A stretch of 48,349 nt of DNA from Candidatus Doudnabacteria bacterium (GCA_963840645.1 CAWIZL010000004.1:153121-201469), one strand, 5' to 3'. Counted from the stretch's first letter, positions 10,301 to 20,210 are shown. The notes: generated by a model not told the origin, from the sequence alone. Translations and numbers: made by a program.

Positions 10301-11241
10301 GCGAGTAGCTCCCTGATTCTCGGCAGCGCAGCTTCTGCGGCCAGCCTGCCTGCTTCATAAATTTTTTCAAAGTTCCGTATGTCCACCTTCCCGTAGCCTT
10401 CACCTTCAATTTCAACCATGAGGTCGCAGCTGTACTGCTCAGCCTTCTTGCGCTCTTCGATTGCGTAGTCCATTGAGCGGGCGAGCACCTCGACCAACCC
10501 AGGCGCTGTCGCCTCGTCAATGGTGGCAACCTCTGCCTCTTCTTTCTCAACGCCAACGAGCGACCTGCCGATGCGCGACGCGTACTGTCCGAGCTTCCTC
10601 ACCGGGTTGCGCAGGCTGTGGTTGTACCCATCTTTTGCCTGGAGGGCCTGAGAGGCAAACAGGTTCTTAGATGCGGCCGCCATGCGAACCGCGACGGTGC
10701 AGTCACACCCAAAGAGCTTTGCTGCCTCAACTGGGACAATTGAAAACAAGCCACCGTCTACCAAAACTTGCCGTCCCCACAGCACAGGCTCAAACAGTCC
10801 TGGCATTGAACAGGATGCGCGGATGGCCCGCAGAACATCGCCCATGCTGAAAACTACCTCTCTGCCGGTAACCAAATCCGATGCGACAATGACCGTGCGC
10901 ACTGGCAGGTCTTCTACGTGCTCAACCGTTATGAATTCTCCAATGGCTTCTTCGAAACTATCGAACGAGAACACGCCGCCATTGAGGCTCACGCCACCAA
11001 ACATGTCCAGCAGCTCGCTGCCCTTGAGCCCCATTGCCCGTTCCTTGAAGGCTGCCAGTGTTCCACACGCGTACGCGCCCGCAACAATGGCGCCGCTGCT
11101 GCACGCTGCAATTGCGTCCACGGGAATGCCGTTCTCCTGGAAAACTTCGAGGAGACCAATGTACGCAATTGCCTTGCCCGCGCATCCAGCGAGTGCCAGT
11201 GAAAGAGTTTTGCGATTTTTGGCAGCAGCTACTGGTTGCAT
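10297..11241 (-). CDS. Patatin-like phospholipase/esterase
   Basis: Variant Gly-rich loop (LAGCAGKAIAYIG), nucleophile ACSSG, AIRASCSMPGLF and LVDGG. Confidence 0.9.
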   Translation of the reverse strand: MQPVAAAKNRKTLSLALAGCAGKAIAYIGLLEVFQENGIPVDAIAACSSGAIVAGAYACGTLAAFKERAMGLKGSELLDMFGGVSLNGGVFSFDSFEEAIGEFITVEHVEDLPVRTVIVASDLVTGREVVFSMGDVLRAIRASCSMPGLFEPVLWGRQVLVDGGLFSIVPVEAAKLFGCDCTVAVRMAAASKNLFASQALQAKDGYNHSLRNPVRKLGQYASRIGRSLVGVEKEEAEVATIDEATAPGLVEVLARSMDYAIEERKKAEQYSCDLMVEIEGEGYGKVDIRNFEKIYEAGRLAAEAALPRIRELLA

Positions 11242-12296
11242 AGTGAGAGTATAACCTGCGAAACTGCGGCAGTCGAGTCGAGGGGCGTGAGCTTTTTAAT
11301 GTTTTCAGACAGTTCAAGTTTCAGCGGCTCGTTGTCCAACAAATTTTTAATTGCAGCAGCCAGGTTCGCTGCGGTCAAACCTTTCTGCGAGAGCACGACC
11401 GCAGCGCGCGCGCTCTCGAGCATTGCTGCGTTTGCCTCTTGGTGCGAGTCTGGCATGGACACAATAACTGCAACCTTCCCCGTAACAGACAGCTCTGTGA
11501 TTGTTGACATGCCAGCGCGGCTCACCACAACGTCTGCTGCTGCGAGCAGAGACGGCATGTCTTGGGTAAACTCTAGGCTCTTGTAGCGATCTAGTGCCAA
11601 AGCAGCAGCCTTACCTTTTCCAGTGAGGTGCACGACACAGCAAAACTTTGTGAGGTCTGGAAGCGCCTGGGCAACGATCTCATTCAAACCCGCAGCTCCT
11701 GTGCCACCACCGGTGATGAGCACTGTTGGGACAGCCTCGCCGTCAAAGAGCGCAGCAGGTTGGGCGTTTAAAATTGCGCTGCGGTACGGGTTGCCGGTGA
11801 GCACAACCTTGCCTTGGTCAAAGTCATTCACAGAGGCTGGGAGCGACACCGTAATTTTACTTGCGAGCGGTGCAAGGATCTGGTTGCTCATGCTCGGCTC
11901 AACGTCCTGCTGGTGGATGGCAACCTTTCGTCCCAACAGCCACGCCGCAATGACCACTGGCACTGACACGTAGCCGCCTGCGCTGAACACGACGTTTGGC
12001 TTGAACGCTGCGACCAGGTACAGAGACTTCAGAATGCCGACGAAGACCTCGAACGGTGCCGTGAAGTTGCGGATGGAAAAGTAGCGGCGAAGCTTTCCGT
12101 TCGGCACTGTGGCAAATTTAATAGACGTGTCGTGGCTTCCAACCATGGCAGCCTCTGGCCCACTCTTGGTGCCAATGAAAAAAAACTCTGCGTCTGGAAA
12201 CCGTGCTTTAATAAATTCTTGTACAGCAAGCAGTGGCACGACAGGACCGCCACTGCCGCCACCGGTGAGCAAAATTTTGATGCTGCTGTTCTTCAC
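11229..12296 (-). CDS. murG: Lipid II GlcNAc transferase MurG
   Basis: LLTGGGSGG, GKLRRYFS, GGYVSVP, TGNP, VVSRAG and HQEANA motifs. Confidence 0.96.
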   Translation of the reverse strand: MKNSSIKILLTGGGSGGPVVPLLAVQEFIKARFPDAEFFFIGTKSGPEAAMVGSHDTSIKFATVPNGKLRRYFSIRNFTAPFEVFVGILKSLYLVAAFKPNVVFSAGGYVSVPVVIAAWLLGRKVAIHQQDVEPSMSNQILAPLASKITVSLPASVNDFDQGKVVLTGNPYRSAILNAQPAALFDGEAVPTVLITGGGTGAAGLNEIVAQALPDLTKFCCVVHLTGKGKAAALALDRYKSLEFTQDMPSLLAAADVVVSRAGMSTITELSVTGKVAVIVSMPDSHQEANAAMLESARAAVVLSQKGLTAANLAAAIKNLLDNEPLKLELSENIKKLTPLDSTAAVSQVILSLCNQ

Positions 12297-13417
12297 CCTG
12301 CACCTCCAGCACCAGTGCTCTTGTAAATGGCAACTGTTTCAGCTGCTGCGCGGTCCCACGAGAACATCTTTGCGCGCTCGCGGCCATTGCCGGCAATTGC
12401 TGCACTGTACTTTTGGTCTGAGAGCAGCAAGTTTAACTTGTCTGCAATGTCGTCTGGTGACTTGCCATCAAAGTACACTGCGCCGTTGTCGTACACTTCA
12501 TTAAAAACTTCTGTGTTGGCGACAACAAGTGGAATGCCCACTGACATTGCCTCAACTCCAGGCAGGCCAAAACCTTCGTAGAGCGATGCGCTCACGAACG
12601 CCTGGCTGCCCTTCAACAGGGCGTACTTTTCGATTTCATTAACTCTGCCCGTGAAGATTAAATCTTTTGAAAACTTAATCTGCTGCGCCTGGGTCACGAC
12701 CTCTGGGTACCACGAATCAACGCTGCCAACCATTGCCAGCTGGATGTTCATCTCGTACTTTTCACGCAGCACCTCAAAGCCCTTTGCCAGGTTCACAATG
12801 TTCTTCTTCCGCTCCATCACCCCGACGAAAATAACGTAGGGCTTTGTTAGGCCAAACTTGTGGCGAGCAGCTGCCACGTCTGCATCGGTCACTGGCACTG
12901 GCGTTGCAGCCTCGTACACCACGCTAATTTTTTGATCAGCTATGCCGAGCACCTCCATGATTTCACGTTTAGAAAAATTCGAGACGGTGATAATTCGAGC
13001 CGAGCGACGTGCAGCGGTTCCAATGGCGTAACGGTACGCTAGCCGATGCAGCACGTGGCTGGGCTTGTTGCCCGGCAGCCTGTGGTGCACCACGTCGTGA
13101 ATGGTGACAACGTACGGCCTCGAGTACGCCACTGGCACGTTGAAGTTCATGAAGTGCACGAGGTCGAGCGAGTGCTCGTTGAGGAGCCTGCAGAACCATA
13201 CCTGCTCGCCAACGCTGTAGTGGCGGAAGTCTGCACCCACAATTTCTACGTTCGCGTGGATGGTCAGGCCAGCGTCAACGAACGGCGCAGCATCGCGCAC
13301 GAAGAGCACGTACGAGTTGTACCTATCTGCTGCCAAAATTGCTTTTGCCATTTCAAAACTGTACCGGCCAATGCCGTACGATTCACCTGCCATGCGTAGG
13401 TCCAGTCCAATCTTCAT
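12293..13417 (-). CDS. Glycosyltransferase family 4
   Basis: MKIGLDLR start, VVTIHD, RKKNI and SLYEGFGLPGVEAM. Confidence 0.93.
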   Translation of the reverse strand: MKIGLDLRMAGESYGIGRYSFEMAKAILAADRYNSYVLFVRDAAPFVDAGLTIHANVEIVGADFRHYSVGEQVWFCRLLNEHSLDLVHFMNFNVPVAYSRPYVVTIHDVVHHRLPGNKPSHVLHRLAYRYAIGTAARRSARIITVSNFSKREIMEVLGIADQKISVVYEAATPVPVTDADVAAARHKFGLTKPYVIFVGVMERKKNIVNLAKGFEVLREKYEMNIQLAMVGSVDSWYPEVVTQAQQIKFSKDLIFTGRVNEIEKYALLKGSQAFVSASLYEGFGLPGVEAMSVGIPLVVANTEVFNEVYDNGAVYFDGKSPDDIADKLNLLLSDQKYSAAIAGNGRERAKMFSWDRAAAETVAIYKSTGAGGAG

Positions 13418-14553
13418 GCAAGTAGTATAGCTGAAATTTGCTGTGCAGTGCTCTGCCAAGAAAAACTTTTCGCGCGGGCAACCCCGAATGCCACGTACTC
13501 TGACCGCAGCTGTGGGCTTTCCGTGAGCGCATTCAGGGCGGCGACCAAGTCTGTGAGCTGGTACGGATCAACGAGCAGCGCTGCGCCGCCTGCGACCTCA
13601 GGCATAGACGTGCGGCTCGACGTAATGACAGGCACGCCGCACGCCATTGCCTCTAAGACCTGGAAGCCAAAACCCTCGTAGAACGACGGGTAGCACACGA
13701 CCTCTGCGAGCGAGATGAGGTCTGGCTTATCTGCCTCGTCAACGTAGTCAGTGTAGTGAATTTTTTCATGTTTTGGCGACACCGAAATTGCGCGGAAAAT
13801 TTCTTCATAGAGCCAGCCGCGCCTGCCGGCAATTACCAGGTGAACGTCTTGGTCGTGGACGTGCTCGAACGCCCTCACCAAAGTGAGAATATTTTTTCGC
13901 GGCTCGAGCGTGCTGAGGGACAGCACGAAGCGCTGCGGGAACGCGTACTTCTTGCGCACCGCTGCACGCTCCTGCTCGCGCCCACGCTCTCTTAGATTTT
14001 CATTGAACCTGCTGTGGTCAATTGCGGGGTACACCACTTTAATTTTATCTGGGTCGAGCTTGAAGAACTGCACGAGGTCTGCTCTCGTGTACTCTGACAC
14101 TGCAATGACCACGTCTGCGCGAGCCAGCGCGCGACGGTACCCTGCAATGGAGTGCCAAATTCTGCGCTTCAGGGAGTAGAACTCTGGGTGCACGAACGGA
14201 GATATGTCGTGCACGGTGACCACGAGGCGCGTGCTGCCGCGCACGGCAAACGGGCGAATGTCTGGCATCCAGAGCGTGTCAAAGCTGCCGTACAAAGATT
14301 CAAATGTGGGCGTGTGCGCGAGCGTCAGCCCAGCGTTGAGCAGCTTGTTGGGGATGCTGCTCTTGCGAATGCTGCCTCCAACGTGCAGGCCGCTCGGCAG
14401 TGTTACGTTGCGGTACGCGTTCATCGTGTAGGTGAGCTCGCCACGATGCGCAGTGCGGTCGAGCTCGTTGGCTACGTGCAGGATGTAGTTCTCGACGCCG
14501 GAAATCTTGCCGCCAGTCTCCATGAGCGCGCGCAGGTCAATGGCAACTTTCAT
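13414..14553 (-). CDS. Glycosyltransferase family 4
   Basis: MKVAIDLR, TLEPRKN and PSFYEGFGFQVLEAMACG. Confidence 0.93.
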   Translation of the reverse strand: MKVAIDLRALMETGGKISGVENYILHVANELDRTAHRGELTYTMNAYRNVTLPSGLHVGGSIRKSSIPNKLLNAGLTLAHTPTFESLYGSFDTLWMPDIRPFAVRGSTRLVVTVHDISPFVHPEFYSLKRRIWHSIAGYRRALARADVVIAVSEYTRADLVQFFKLDPDKIKVVYPAIDHSRFNENLRERGREQERAAVRKKYAFPQRFVLSLSTLEPRKNILTLVRAFEHVHDQDVHLVIAGRRGWLYEEIFRAISVSPKHEKIHYTDYVDEADKPDLISLAEVVCYPSFYEGFGFQVLEAMACGVPVITSSRTSMPEVAGGAALLVDPYQLTDLVAALNALTESPQLRSEYVAFGVARAKSFSWQSTAQQISAILLA

Positions 14554-15671
14554 GCGCCCCCTCCAACGGCGTGCTCAACGAACGCAGAAATTTCACGCAT
14601 GAAGCGCGGCTTGCTGAACTCTTCAGCTCTTTCGTACAAGTCTTCTGCACGGAAGGCAGCGCTGCCACGCGTCACGTTGAACTTATCCAGCGCAGCCTGT
14701 AAAGCTGTGGCTGTCTGCTGGTCAAAGAAAATTCCAGTCTTGCCCTCAACCACGGTTTCCCTCACGCCGCCAGCTCCGTAGGCGATCACGGGCGTGCCGC
14801 ACGCCATTGCCTCGAGCGGCACAATGCCAAAGTCTTCTTCCTGTGGAAAAATTAGAGCAGCTGCCCCAGAGTACTCATCGCGCAGAACCTCGTCAGAAGC
14901 ACGCCCCAGGAATAAAATGTTCTCAGCAGCTGCAGACTCTAGCTCGTGCCGCTGCCTGCCGTCCCCCACAACGTGGAGCTCTTGGCCGTTTGCATTGAAC
15001 ACGTCAACGACAACCTGCACGCGCTTGTACTTCTGTATCCTGCCGGCGAACAGAAAGTAGCTTTCTTTTTCACGCGTTGGGTAGAAGAACTCTGTATCAA
15101 CGAACGGGTACACCACCTCGCTGTCGCGCCCGTAGAACTGCCTGACGCGCCGCTGCACGTTGCGCGAGTTTGCAATAAAAAACTTCACGCGCTGGGCAGC
15201 GCGAAAATCCCACGCCTTCAGCCTGCCCAGAATAAACGTATCAATGCCCAGCCAGCGCAGCAAAGTGGGAACCTCTTCACGTGAGTAGGATTCCCTGTCT
15301 GTCCACAGGAAGCGCGGCGGCGTGTGGCAGTACTCGATGTGCACGCACGCCCGAGGCACGCGGATCCCCTTCATGAACATTGATGACGATGAAATGACAA
15401 CGTCAAAGTTAGAAAAGTTGAAGGCGCGCAGCGCCCACGGAATGAACGGCAGCGTCCACATGAAATGGCCGAAGCGCGAGTAGAAGTACTGCAGAGGAGA
15501 CGCAATGACCACGGGTGCGCTCGCGCTGCTGCTGAAAACTTCATCGACGGTTTCCTGCCTGAACGCCAGCGTAAAAATTGGCGCACCTGGGTACAGCTCG
15601 TGGAGGGCCGCAAGCACGCGCTCTGCGCCACCGTTCTGCACCAGTGAGTCGTGCGCAAGTGCAACTCGCAC
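14550..15671 (-). CDS. Glycosyltransferase family 4 (WbaZ-like mannosyltransferase)
   Basis: GTG start (VRVALAHD..GGAERVL), YCHTPPRFLW and EEDFGIVPLEAMACG. Confidence 0.92.
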   Translation of the reverse strand: MRVALAHDSLVQNGGAERVLAALHELYPGAPIFTLAFRQETVDEVFSSSASAPVVIASPLQYFYSRFGHFMWTLPFIPWALRAFNFSNFDVVISSSSMFMKGIRVPRACVHIEYCHTPPRFLWTDRESYSREEVPTLLRWLGIDTFILGRLKAWDFRAAQRVKFFIANSRNVQRRVRQFYGRDSEVVYPFVDTEFFYPTREKESYFLFAGRIQKYKRVQVVVDVFNANGQELHVVGDGRQRHELESAAAENILFLGRASDEVLRDEYSGAAALIFPQEEDFGIVPLEAMACGTPVIAYGAGGVRETVVEGKTGIFFDQQTATALQAALDKFNVTRGSAAFRAEDLYERAEEFSKPRFMREISAFVEHAVGGGA

Positions 15672-15673
15672 GG

Positions 15674-17116
15674 CTAGTAGTCTTCCTCTTCCTTGTTGCG
15701 CTCCATGAACAGGTGCTTGAAAGTTTTGGCCAGCGTCGTGATGTCCAGCCACAGTGACCAGTTTTCTATGTAGTACATGTTCAGCCGAATTTCTTCTTCG
15801 AACGGCAGGTCTGGCCATGACATCTGGCTGATCTGCGCCAGGCCAAATATGCCAGGTTTCAGGGTGAAGATGCGGCGGTACTTGTTGCGGTAGCGCTCAA
15901 CTTCGTCTATGACGTGGGCGCGCGGCCCAACCATGCTCACGTCGCCGCGCAGCACGTTGATGAACGACGGGATTTCATCGAGCTTTGTCTTGCGCAAAAA
16001 CTTACCCACGCGCGTGACGCGCGGGTCACCTTTTATCTTCAAAAATGGCCCGTCTTCACCGCCACGTGCGTTCACCTTCCACAAATCTTGGCGAACCTTC
16101 AGTGCCTCTTCGCCACCGTAGCCAGCTCCAACAGACAGGTGCGAGTACATGGTGCGAAACTTCAGGAACGTGAAGTCGCGATCTTTGCCCGCGCGCGGTG
16201 CTGCGTACATCACCTTGCCTGGCGAGTCGAGCTTTATCCAAATTGAGATGACCAGGAACAGCGGTGACGTGATGACCAGGCAGATGCACGCGCACACAAT
16301 GTCAAACCCACGCTTGGCAACTTTCCCCCACCCATCGAGCGGCGTGTTCTTGAGGGTGATGTACGGCATGCCCTCAATTTCCTCTGTCTCCACAATGCTG
16401 CGCTGGACGTTGAACAGGTTTGGCACGAAGCTAAAGTTCAGGCCTTTGCTCTGGCTGAACTGGACAACCTCTAACGTTTTCTCGTCTGAGAGCTTTGGGT
16501 TAAGCTGGAAAATTTCTTCTACCTTGTGGTTCTTGTACAGGTTCTCGAGCTGCTCTACTAAATCTGATGCGCTGTTGAGCACCGCGGTAACCTTGTAGCC
16601 GAACGACTTGTTGTGCTGGAGCTGTCGCACCAGAAACTTGTCAGAGTCCTGGCTGCCATCAATGATGACGAGCGAGTGCAAGCCGTAGCCACGGTTCAGG
16701 CACGCAACCTGGATGGCTTTGAGAATTGCACGCAGGAGGGTGACTATGACAAGGGCTGCCGCCCACCCAATGAGGATGATGAGGCGCGACTGGAAAAACT
16801 GCTGGTCAAAGAAGAACAGCACCATTATGGCGAGCAGCGCAATGGACGTTGCGTTGAAAACTTTGATGAACTCTTGGGAAAACTTGCGCGTTGACTTTAA
16901 GTTGTAGAGGCCGAAGCACGCGTAAATTACAATGATGGTTGGCGCGGCAACTGCCACGAGGCGCAGGAAGTGGTGCAGGTCTGGGACAAACTCAACTGCC
17001 ACGTAGTGCGCTGCGTACCGCGTGCGAATGTAGAACGACACCAGGGCTGCCAGCAGCAGGCTCACGGCATCTAGCGGTATTGAGACAATGTTGAACAGGA
17101 GCTCTGAACGCTTCAT
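15674..17116 (-). CDS. Undecaprenyl-phosphate sugar phosphotransferase (WcaJ/CpsE-like priming glycosyltransferase)
   Basis: N-terminal TM helices, KRGFDI, FLKFRTM, DPRVTRVGKFLRKTKLDEIP, SMVGPR and YIENWSLWLD. Confidence 0.94.
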   Translation of the reverse strand: MKRSELLFNIVSIPLDAVSLLLAALVSFYIRTRYAAHYVAVEFVPDLHHFLRLVAVAAPTIIVIYACFGLYNLKSTRKFSQEFIKVFNATSIALLAIMVLFFFDQQFFQSRLIILIGWAAALVIVTLLRAILKAIQVACLNRGYGLHSLVIIDGSQDSDKFLVRQLQHNKSFGYKVTAVLNSASDLVEQLENLYKNHKVEEIFQLNPKLSDEKTLEVVQFSQSKGLNFSFVPNLFNVQRSIVETEEIEGMPYITLKNTPLDGWGKVAKRGFDIVCACICLVITSPLFLVISIWIKLDSPGKVMYAAPRAGKDRDFTFLKFRTMYSHLSVGAGYGGEEALKVRQDLWKVNARGGEDGPFLKIKGDPRVTRVGKFLRKTKLDEIPSFINVLRGDVSMVGPRAHVIDEVERYRNKYRRIFTLKPGIFGLAQISQMSWPDLPFEEEIRLNMYYIENWSLWLDITTLAKTFKHLFMERNKEEEDY

Positions 17117-17137
17117 GGAGGTATTATAGCATAATAC

Positions 17138-17163
17138 AAAAAACCGCCCTTGCGAGCGGTTTT
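17138..17163 (-). terminator. Intrinsic terminator after rnpB
   Basis: Minus strand reads AAAACCGCTC-GCAA-GGGCGGTTTTTT. Confidence 0.8.
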
Positions 17164-17168
17164 AAGTT

Positions 17169-17553
17169 TCCTGAGCTACCCGGTAAGCCGAATTCTGTTC
17201 CCAGCTACTGCTAGCCAGGAGATAGCCATCTATCTAAGCAGCCAACCCGCTCTTTCGAGCCTATTTGGCCTTGCACCGAGTTGGGTTTTCACCGCAGCAC
17301 GTTGCCGTGCCCACGCGTGGCTCTTACCCCACGATTTCAATCTTACCTGATCCGCATTGCTGCGGCCATCGGCGACATGTTTCTGTTGCACTGTCCCTGG
17401 GCTTGGGTGGCTTGAAAATTCACGTGAATTTTTCAAAACACTTGCTCCCGGCTGGATTTCCCAGTAACTCGCTTCCTGCACTCGCGCGCAGGGGTGTCCG
17501 GACTTTCCTCTGGGTACTTCGATTTCGCCAGTGGCTATCTGGATTGCTCAGGA
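17169..17553 (-). ncRNA. rnpB: RNase P RNA (bacterial)
   Basis: Minus strand has GAGGAAAGTCCGG near the 5' end and ACAGAATTCGGCTTA near the 3' end. The termini pair as P1 (TCCTGAGC...GCTCAGGA), with a promoter upstream and a terminator downstream. Confidence 0.96.
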
Positions 17554-17560
17554 CTAAGAG

Positions 17561-17589
17561 ATTGTATCAGGTTGGCAGGGAAAAGGCAA
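17561..17589 (-). promoter_or_regulatory. Sigma70 promoter of rnpB
   Basis: TTGCCT-17 nt-TACAAT with an extended TG, 7 nt upstream of the P1 start. Confidence 0.7.
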
Positions 17590-17601
17590 GGGTCTAGAAT
17601 T

Positions 17602-17631
17602 AAAAAAGACAGGCCGCGTAAGCAGCCTGCC
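17602..17631 (-). terminator. Intrinsic terminator of the orphan gene 17644-18120
   Basis: GGCAGGCTGC-TTAC-GCGGCCTGTC-TTTTTT. Confidence 0.75.
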
Positions 17632-17643
17632 GTTGTCATACCC

Positions 17644-18120
17644 TCAAGAAAAGAAATGGCCGGGCAAAATATCGACAGCCTTTCTCAGGAGCTGAGCTTT
17701 TGCCACAAGAGCGGTGGCGATCCACATGGCCACCATTTCGTCCAGAGGAGCCTCAAGCCCGCTCACGCCAACAGCAATGCCACGGTAGAAAATGCCTCCC
17801 TGGTACTTGGGATCCCCTGGCTCGCATTGATTTGGGCTCTCTGTGAGAATTCGGTTGGTATCCTGTTCACACTGCCACGAGAGACGAGCCTTTCCGAATG
17901 CGATACCTTCGTAGTGCGACTTGTTCGTGACGTCGCCCCACGGAGAGTTGTACGCCACACAGTCCATGAAGCCAAGCCCCTCTGCCTTTCCGTTCACGAA
18001 GGCAACCACTATGTGGAAACCCTTCTTCTCTGGATCTCCAATCCGTCGCGCGGTAGGCAAAGCATTCACAAGAACTGCCTCCACCACACTGGAAATAACT
18101 TCTTGCGTTAAAATGCTCAT
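17644..18120 (-). CDS. Hypothetical protein, possibly GlcG/HbpS-like heme-binding fold
   Basis: AAGGAGG ribosome-binding site. IAFGKA and GGIFYRGIAVGVSG resemble the KA..A / GG....GAIGVSG motifs of that family. Confidence 0.65.
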   Translation of the reverse strand: MSILTQEVISSVVEAVLVNALPTARRIGDPEKKGFHIVVAFVNGKAEGLGFMDCVAYNSPWGDVTNKSHYEGIAFGKARLSWQCEQDTNRILTESPNQCEPGDPKYQGGIFYRGIAVGVSGLEAPLDEMVAMWIATALVAKAQLLRKAVDILPGHFFS

Positions 18121-18153
18121 ACACTTCCTCCTTGCTTCCCGGTTTGAATACCG

Positions 18154-18189
18154 AAAAGACTACCCAGTGTACCACACGGGTAGTCTTTT
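18154..18189 (-). terminator. Terminator after the SIMPL gene, overlapping an extended -10 (TGGTACACT) for the next gene
   Basis: AAAAGACTACCC/GGGTAGTCTTTT inverted repeat. Confidence 0.7.
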
Positions 18190-18208
18190 GTCCACAAACT
18201 TTAGAAAC

Positions 18209-18982
18209 CTAGTTTATCGCGTACGTCACAGAAACATCAGCATTGATCTGCTGGGAGCCAGGCTCTGATGGAGGCGCTGGAATTGCCATAGCTCCGCCTG
18301 CTCCAGCTGCCATTGGCATAGCGCCGTTCAACTGGTAAGGCACAACAATTGGGGGCTGGCTCGAAGTTTCTGAAAACGTGACCAGCTTGCCCAAGCTAAC
18401 GCCAGCTGCTGATGCGAGCGCCTGCGCCTGGGTCTTTGCATTTGCCAGAGCCTGCTCGCGCGCCTGCTGCGTGAACTCGTCTGGGTTGCTGAACGTGTAG
18501 TTTGTACCGTCAATGCTGTTTGCACCATTCTGCACAGTGCCATCGAGTAGTGCTGGAACCTTGGTGAGGTCGTGCACTTTCACCTCTACAGTTTCATTCG
18601 CAGTGTAGCCTGTAATTGTTGGGGTACCTTGGTTGTTGTTGTAGTTGTACGATGGGTTGATGTTGTAGTTCTGGGTGGTGATGTCTGCTGCTGCAATCCC
18701 CTGCACCTTGAGGTAGCCAACCAGCGCGCTCGCCTGCGTGTTCACCTTTGCCGCAGCTGCTGTTGCCGTTGCGCCTTGCACCTGAACTGAAGCATCAATG
18801 GTCGCGAGGTCAGGCACTGCTGTCACCATGCCAGTAGCTGTAATGGTAATGGTGTGCTGGTTTGCAGCAGTCCCCTTCACCTGGGCATTAATTGCGTATG
18901 CTTGGCTGATGATGACCACGATAATGAGGACACCTAAGAGGACACCAACTGTCTGAACGAGCCACGAAGGAAGTTTTTCCAT
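18209..18982 (-). CDS. SIMPL-domain (DUF541) protein
   Basis: N-terminal TM, ITATGMVTAVPDLATI, GYTANETVEV, AREQALANAKTQAQALA and VSVTYAI. Confidence 0.92.
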   Translation of the reverse strand: MEKLPSWLVQTVGVLLGVLIIVVIISQAYAINAQVKGTAANQHTITITATGMVTAVPDLATIDASVQVQGATATAAAAKVNTQASALVGYLKVQGIAAADITTQNYNINPSYNYNNNQGTPTITGYTANETVEVKVHDLTKVPALLDGTVQNGANSIDGTNYTFSNPDEFTQQAREQALANAKTQAQALASAAGVSLGKLVTFSETSSQPPIVVPYQLNGAMPMAAGAGGAMAIPAPPSEPGSQQINADVSVTYAIN

Positions 18983-19010
18983 AGATTTATTTTAATTCTA
19001 TATCAAGTGC

Positions 19011-19811
19011 TCAGAGACCCTTGAGCACGTTGGTGATAATGGCGACCACGGCGTAGGCGAGCACCGTGATGGCGAGGCCGATGACGGCGTTGGTGATCTG
19101 GCCCTGCGCCTTCTTCATCGCGTCCTCGCTGCCGGAGTTGACGACCATCCTGAAGCCGGCGATGACGATCATGGCCACGGCCACAGCCGCGATGATGGCG
19201 AGCGCGTACGTCACCATGCGAACCACAAATGCGCCGATTGTCGCATCGGGCAGCGGGTTGCAGATGGTTGTGCCCGACCCGTTCACACCACAGTTTGATC
19301 CATTGGTGGCTGCGTACGCAGGTAAAGCAGCTGTGGCAGGCTGACTGGTGGTGACAGACGTTTGCCCTGAGGAAACAGGGTTCGAAGATGCCGGAGCAGC
19401 TGTGGATCCCGTAGATGGCGTTGTTGTTGTCGTCGCGCCAGCTGGAGGCGGCGTTTGAGGGTTTGTCGTTGCGGGCGCCTGTGGGGAAGTGCTCTGTGTT
19501 GGTACAGACGAAGACGCCAAGCCTTCGCACACAGAGTAGCCAGCAACCAGTGCTGTGCAGGTGAGGCCGCTTTCGCACTGGGCATCGAGGGTGCCGCCAC
19601 AGGGATCGCCAGTCTGCCCACTGCCAGGAGTCTCGCACTGTGAGTAGTACGCGTTGCACTCTAGGCCTTGGCTGCACTCATTGCCCATTGGGCATGCCCC
19701 GTTAACTCCAACTGTCCCAGCTGCTTGCACAGCAGGCACGTGCAAAGAAATTAAAACTACGAGCGCAAAGAAAGTTACAAAAATTTTAAAAACGGCTAGG
19801 TGCTTTTTCAT
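19011..19811 (-). CDS. CPR pilin-like protein (C-terminal TrbC/VirB2-like double TM) with Cys-rich N-terminal repeats and a Thr/Pro/Ser linker
   Basis: Signal peptide, two C-x5/7-C-xx-GL-x-C units, and a C-terminal ICNPL...MIVIAGFRMVVNSGSEDAMKKAQGQITNAVIGLAI. Confidence 0.8.
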   Translation of the reverse strand: MKKHLAVFKIFVTFFALVVLISLHVPAVQAAGTVGVNGACPMGNECSQGLECNAYYSQCETPGSGQTGDPCGGTLDAQCESGLTCTALVAGYSVCEGLASSSVPTQSTSPQAPATTNPQTPPPAGATTTTTPSTGSTAAPASSNPVSSGQTSVTTSQPATAALPAYAATNGSNCGVNGSGTTICNPLPDATIGAFVVRMVTYALAIIAAVAVAMIVIAGFRMVVNSGSEDAMKKAQGQITNAVIGLAITVLAYAVVAIITNVLKGL

Positions 19812-19925
19812 CTTAGAATGTTAGCTGCACGTAAAGTATAGCACATTGAATGAGATGGGTAGCCCAAAAAGAAAAACCCTCTGCAGCTTCTGAATCCGTT
19901 TCTTTTGCTAGGATAATGAGGCCAC

Positions 19926-20026
19926 GCCAAACAAAAAAGAACATTCCACGAGCTTCGAGTTTCGTTTTTTTCGCGAAGCGAAAGCCAAGAAACGAGCCGC
20001 GAGGGGAATGTTCTTTTTTGTTTGGC
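19926..20026. repeat. Long palindromic element, copy 1
   Basis: Outer stem GCCAAACAAAAAAGAACATTCC/GGAATGTTCTTTTTTGTTTGGC; interior nearly identical to copy 2. Confidence 0.9.
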
Positions 20027-20034
20027 CTACCAGC

Positions 20035-20055
20035 CTAGCGTTTCGCCCACTGTGG
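20035..20055. repeat. 21-bp direct repeat of the rpsI 3' end (att-like site)
   Basis: CTAGCGTTTCGCCCACTGTGG is identical to 22777-22797 and encodes PQWAKR* on the minus strand. Confidence 0.9.
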
Positions 20056-20210
20056 TATGCACGGCGAATGTTTTACAACAGGCAAAAATCTTTACTGCCT
20101 AGAGATGAAATTGAAAGGTTGGAAAGGAACTTACAGAAGTATTTTAGCACAAAAATTGTAAGTCAACAATCTCCTACTTCGTGGAAGCAAAACTCACTAG
20201 CGAGTTGAAA

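Noticed and set aside
17150-17597. Short ORFs over 17150-17597
   Set aside because: They overlap the RNase P RNA gene.
20008-20208. 66-aa plus-strand ORF at the islet edge as an integrase remnant
   Set aside because: It has no recombinase motifs and starts inside the palindrome and att repeat.
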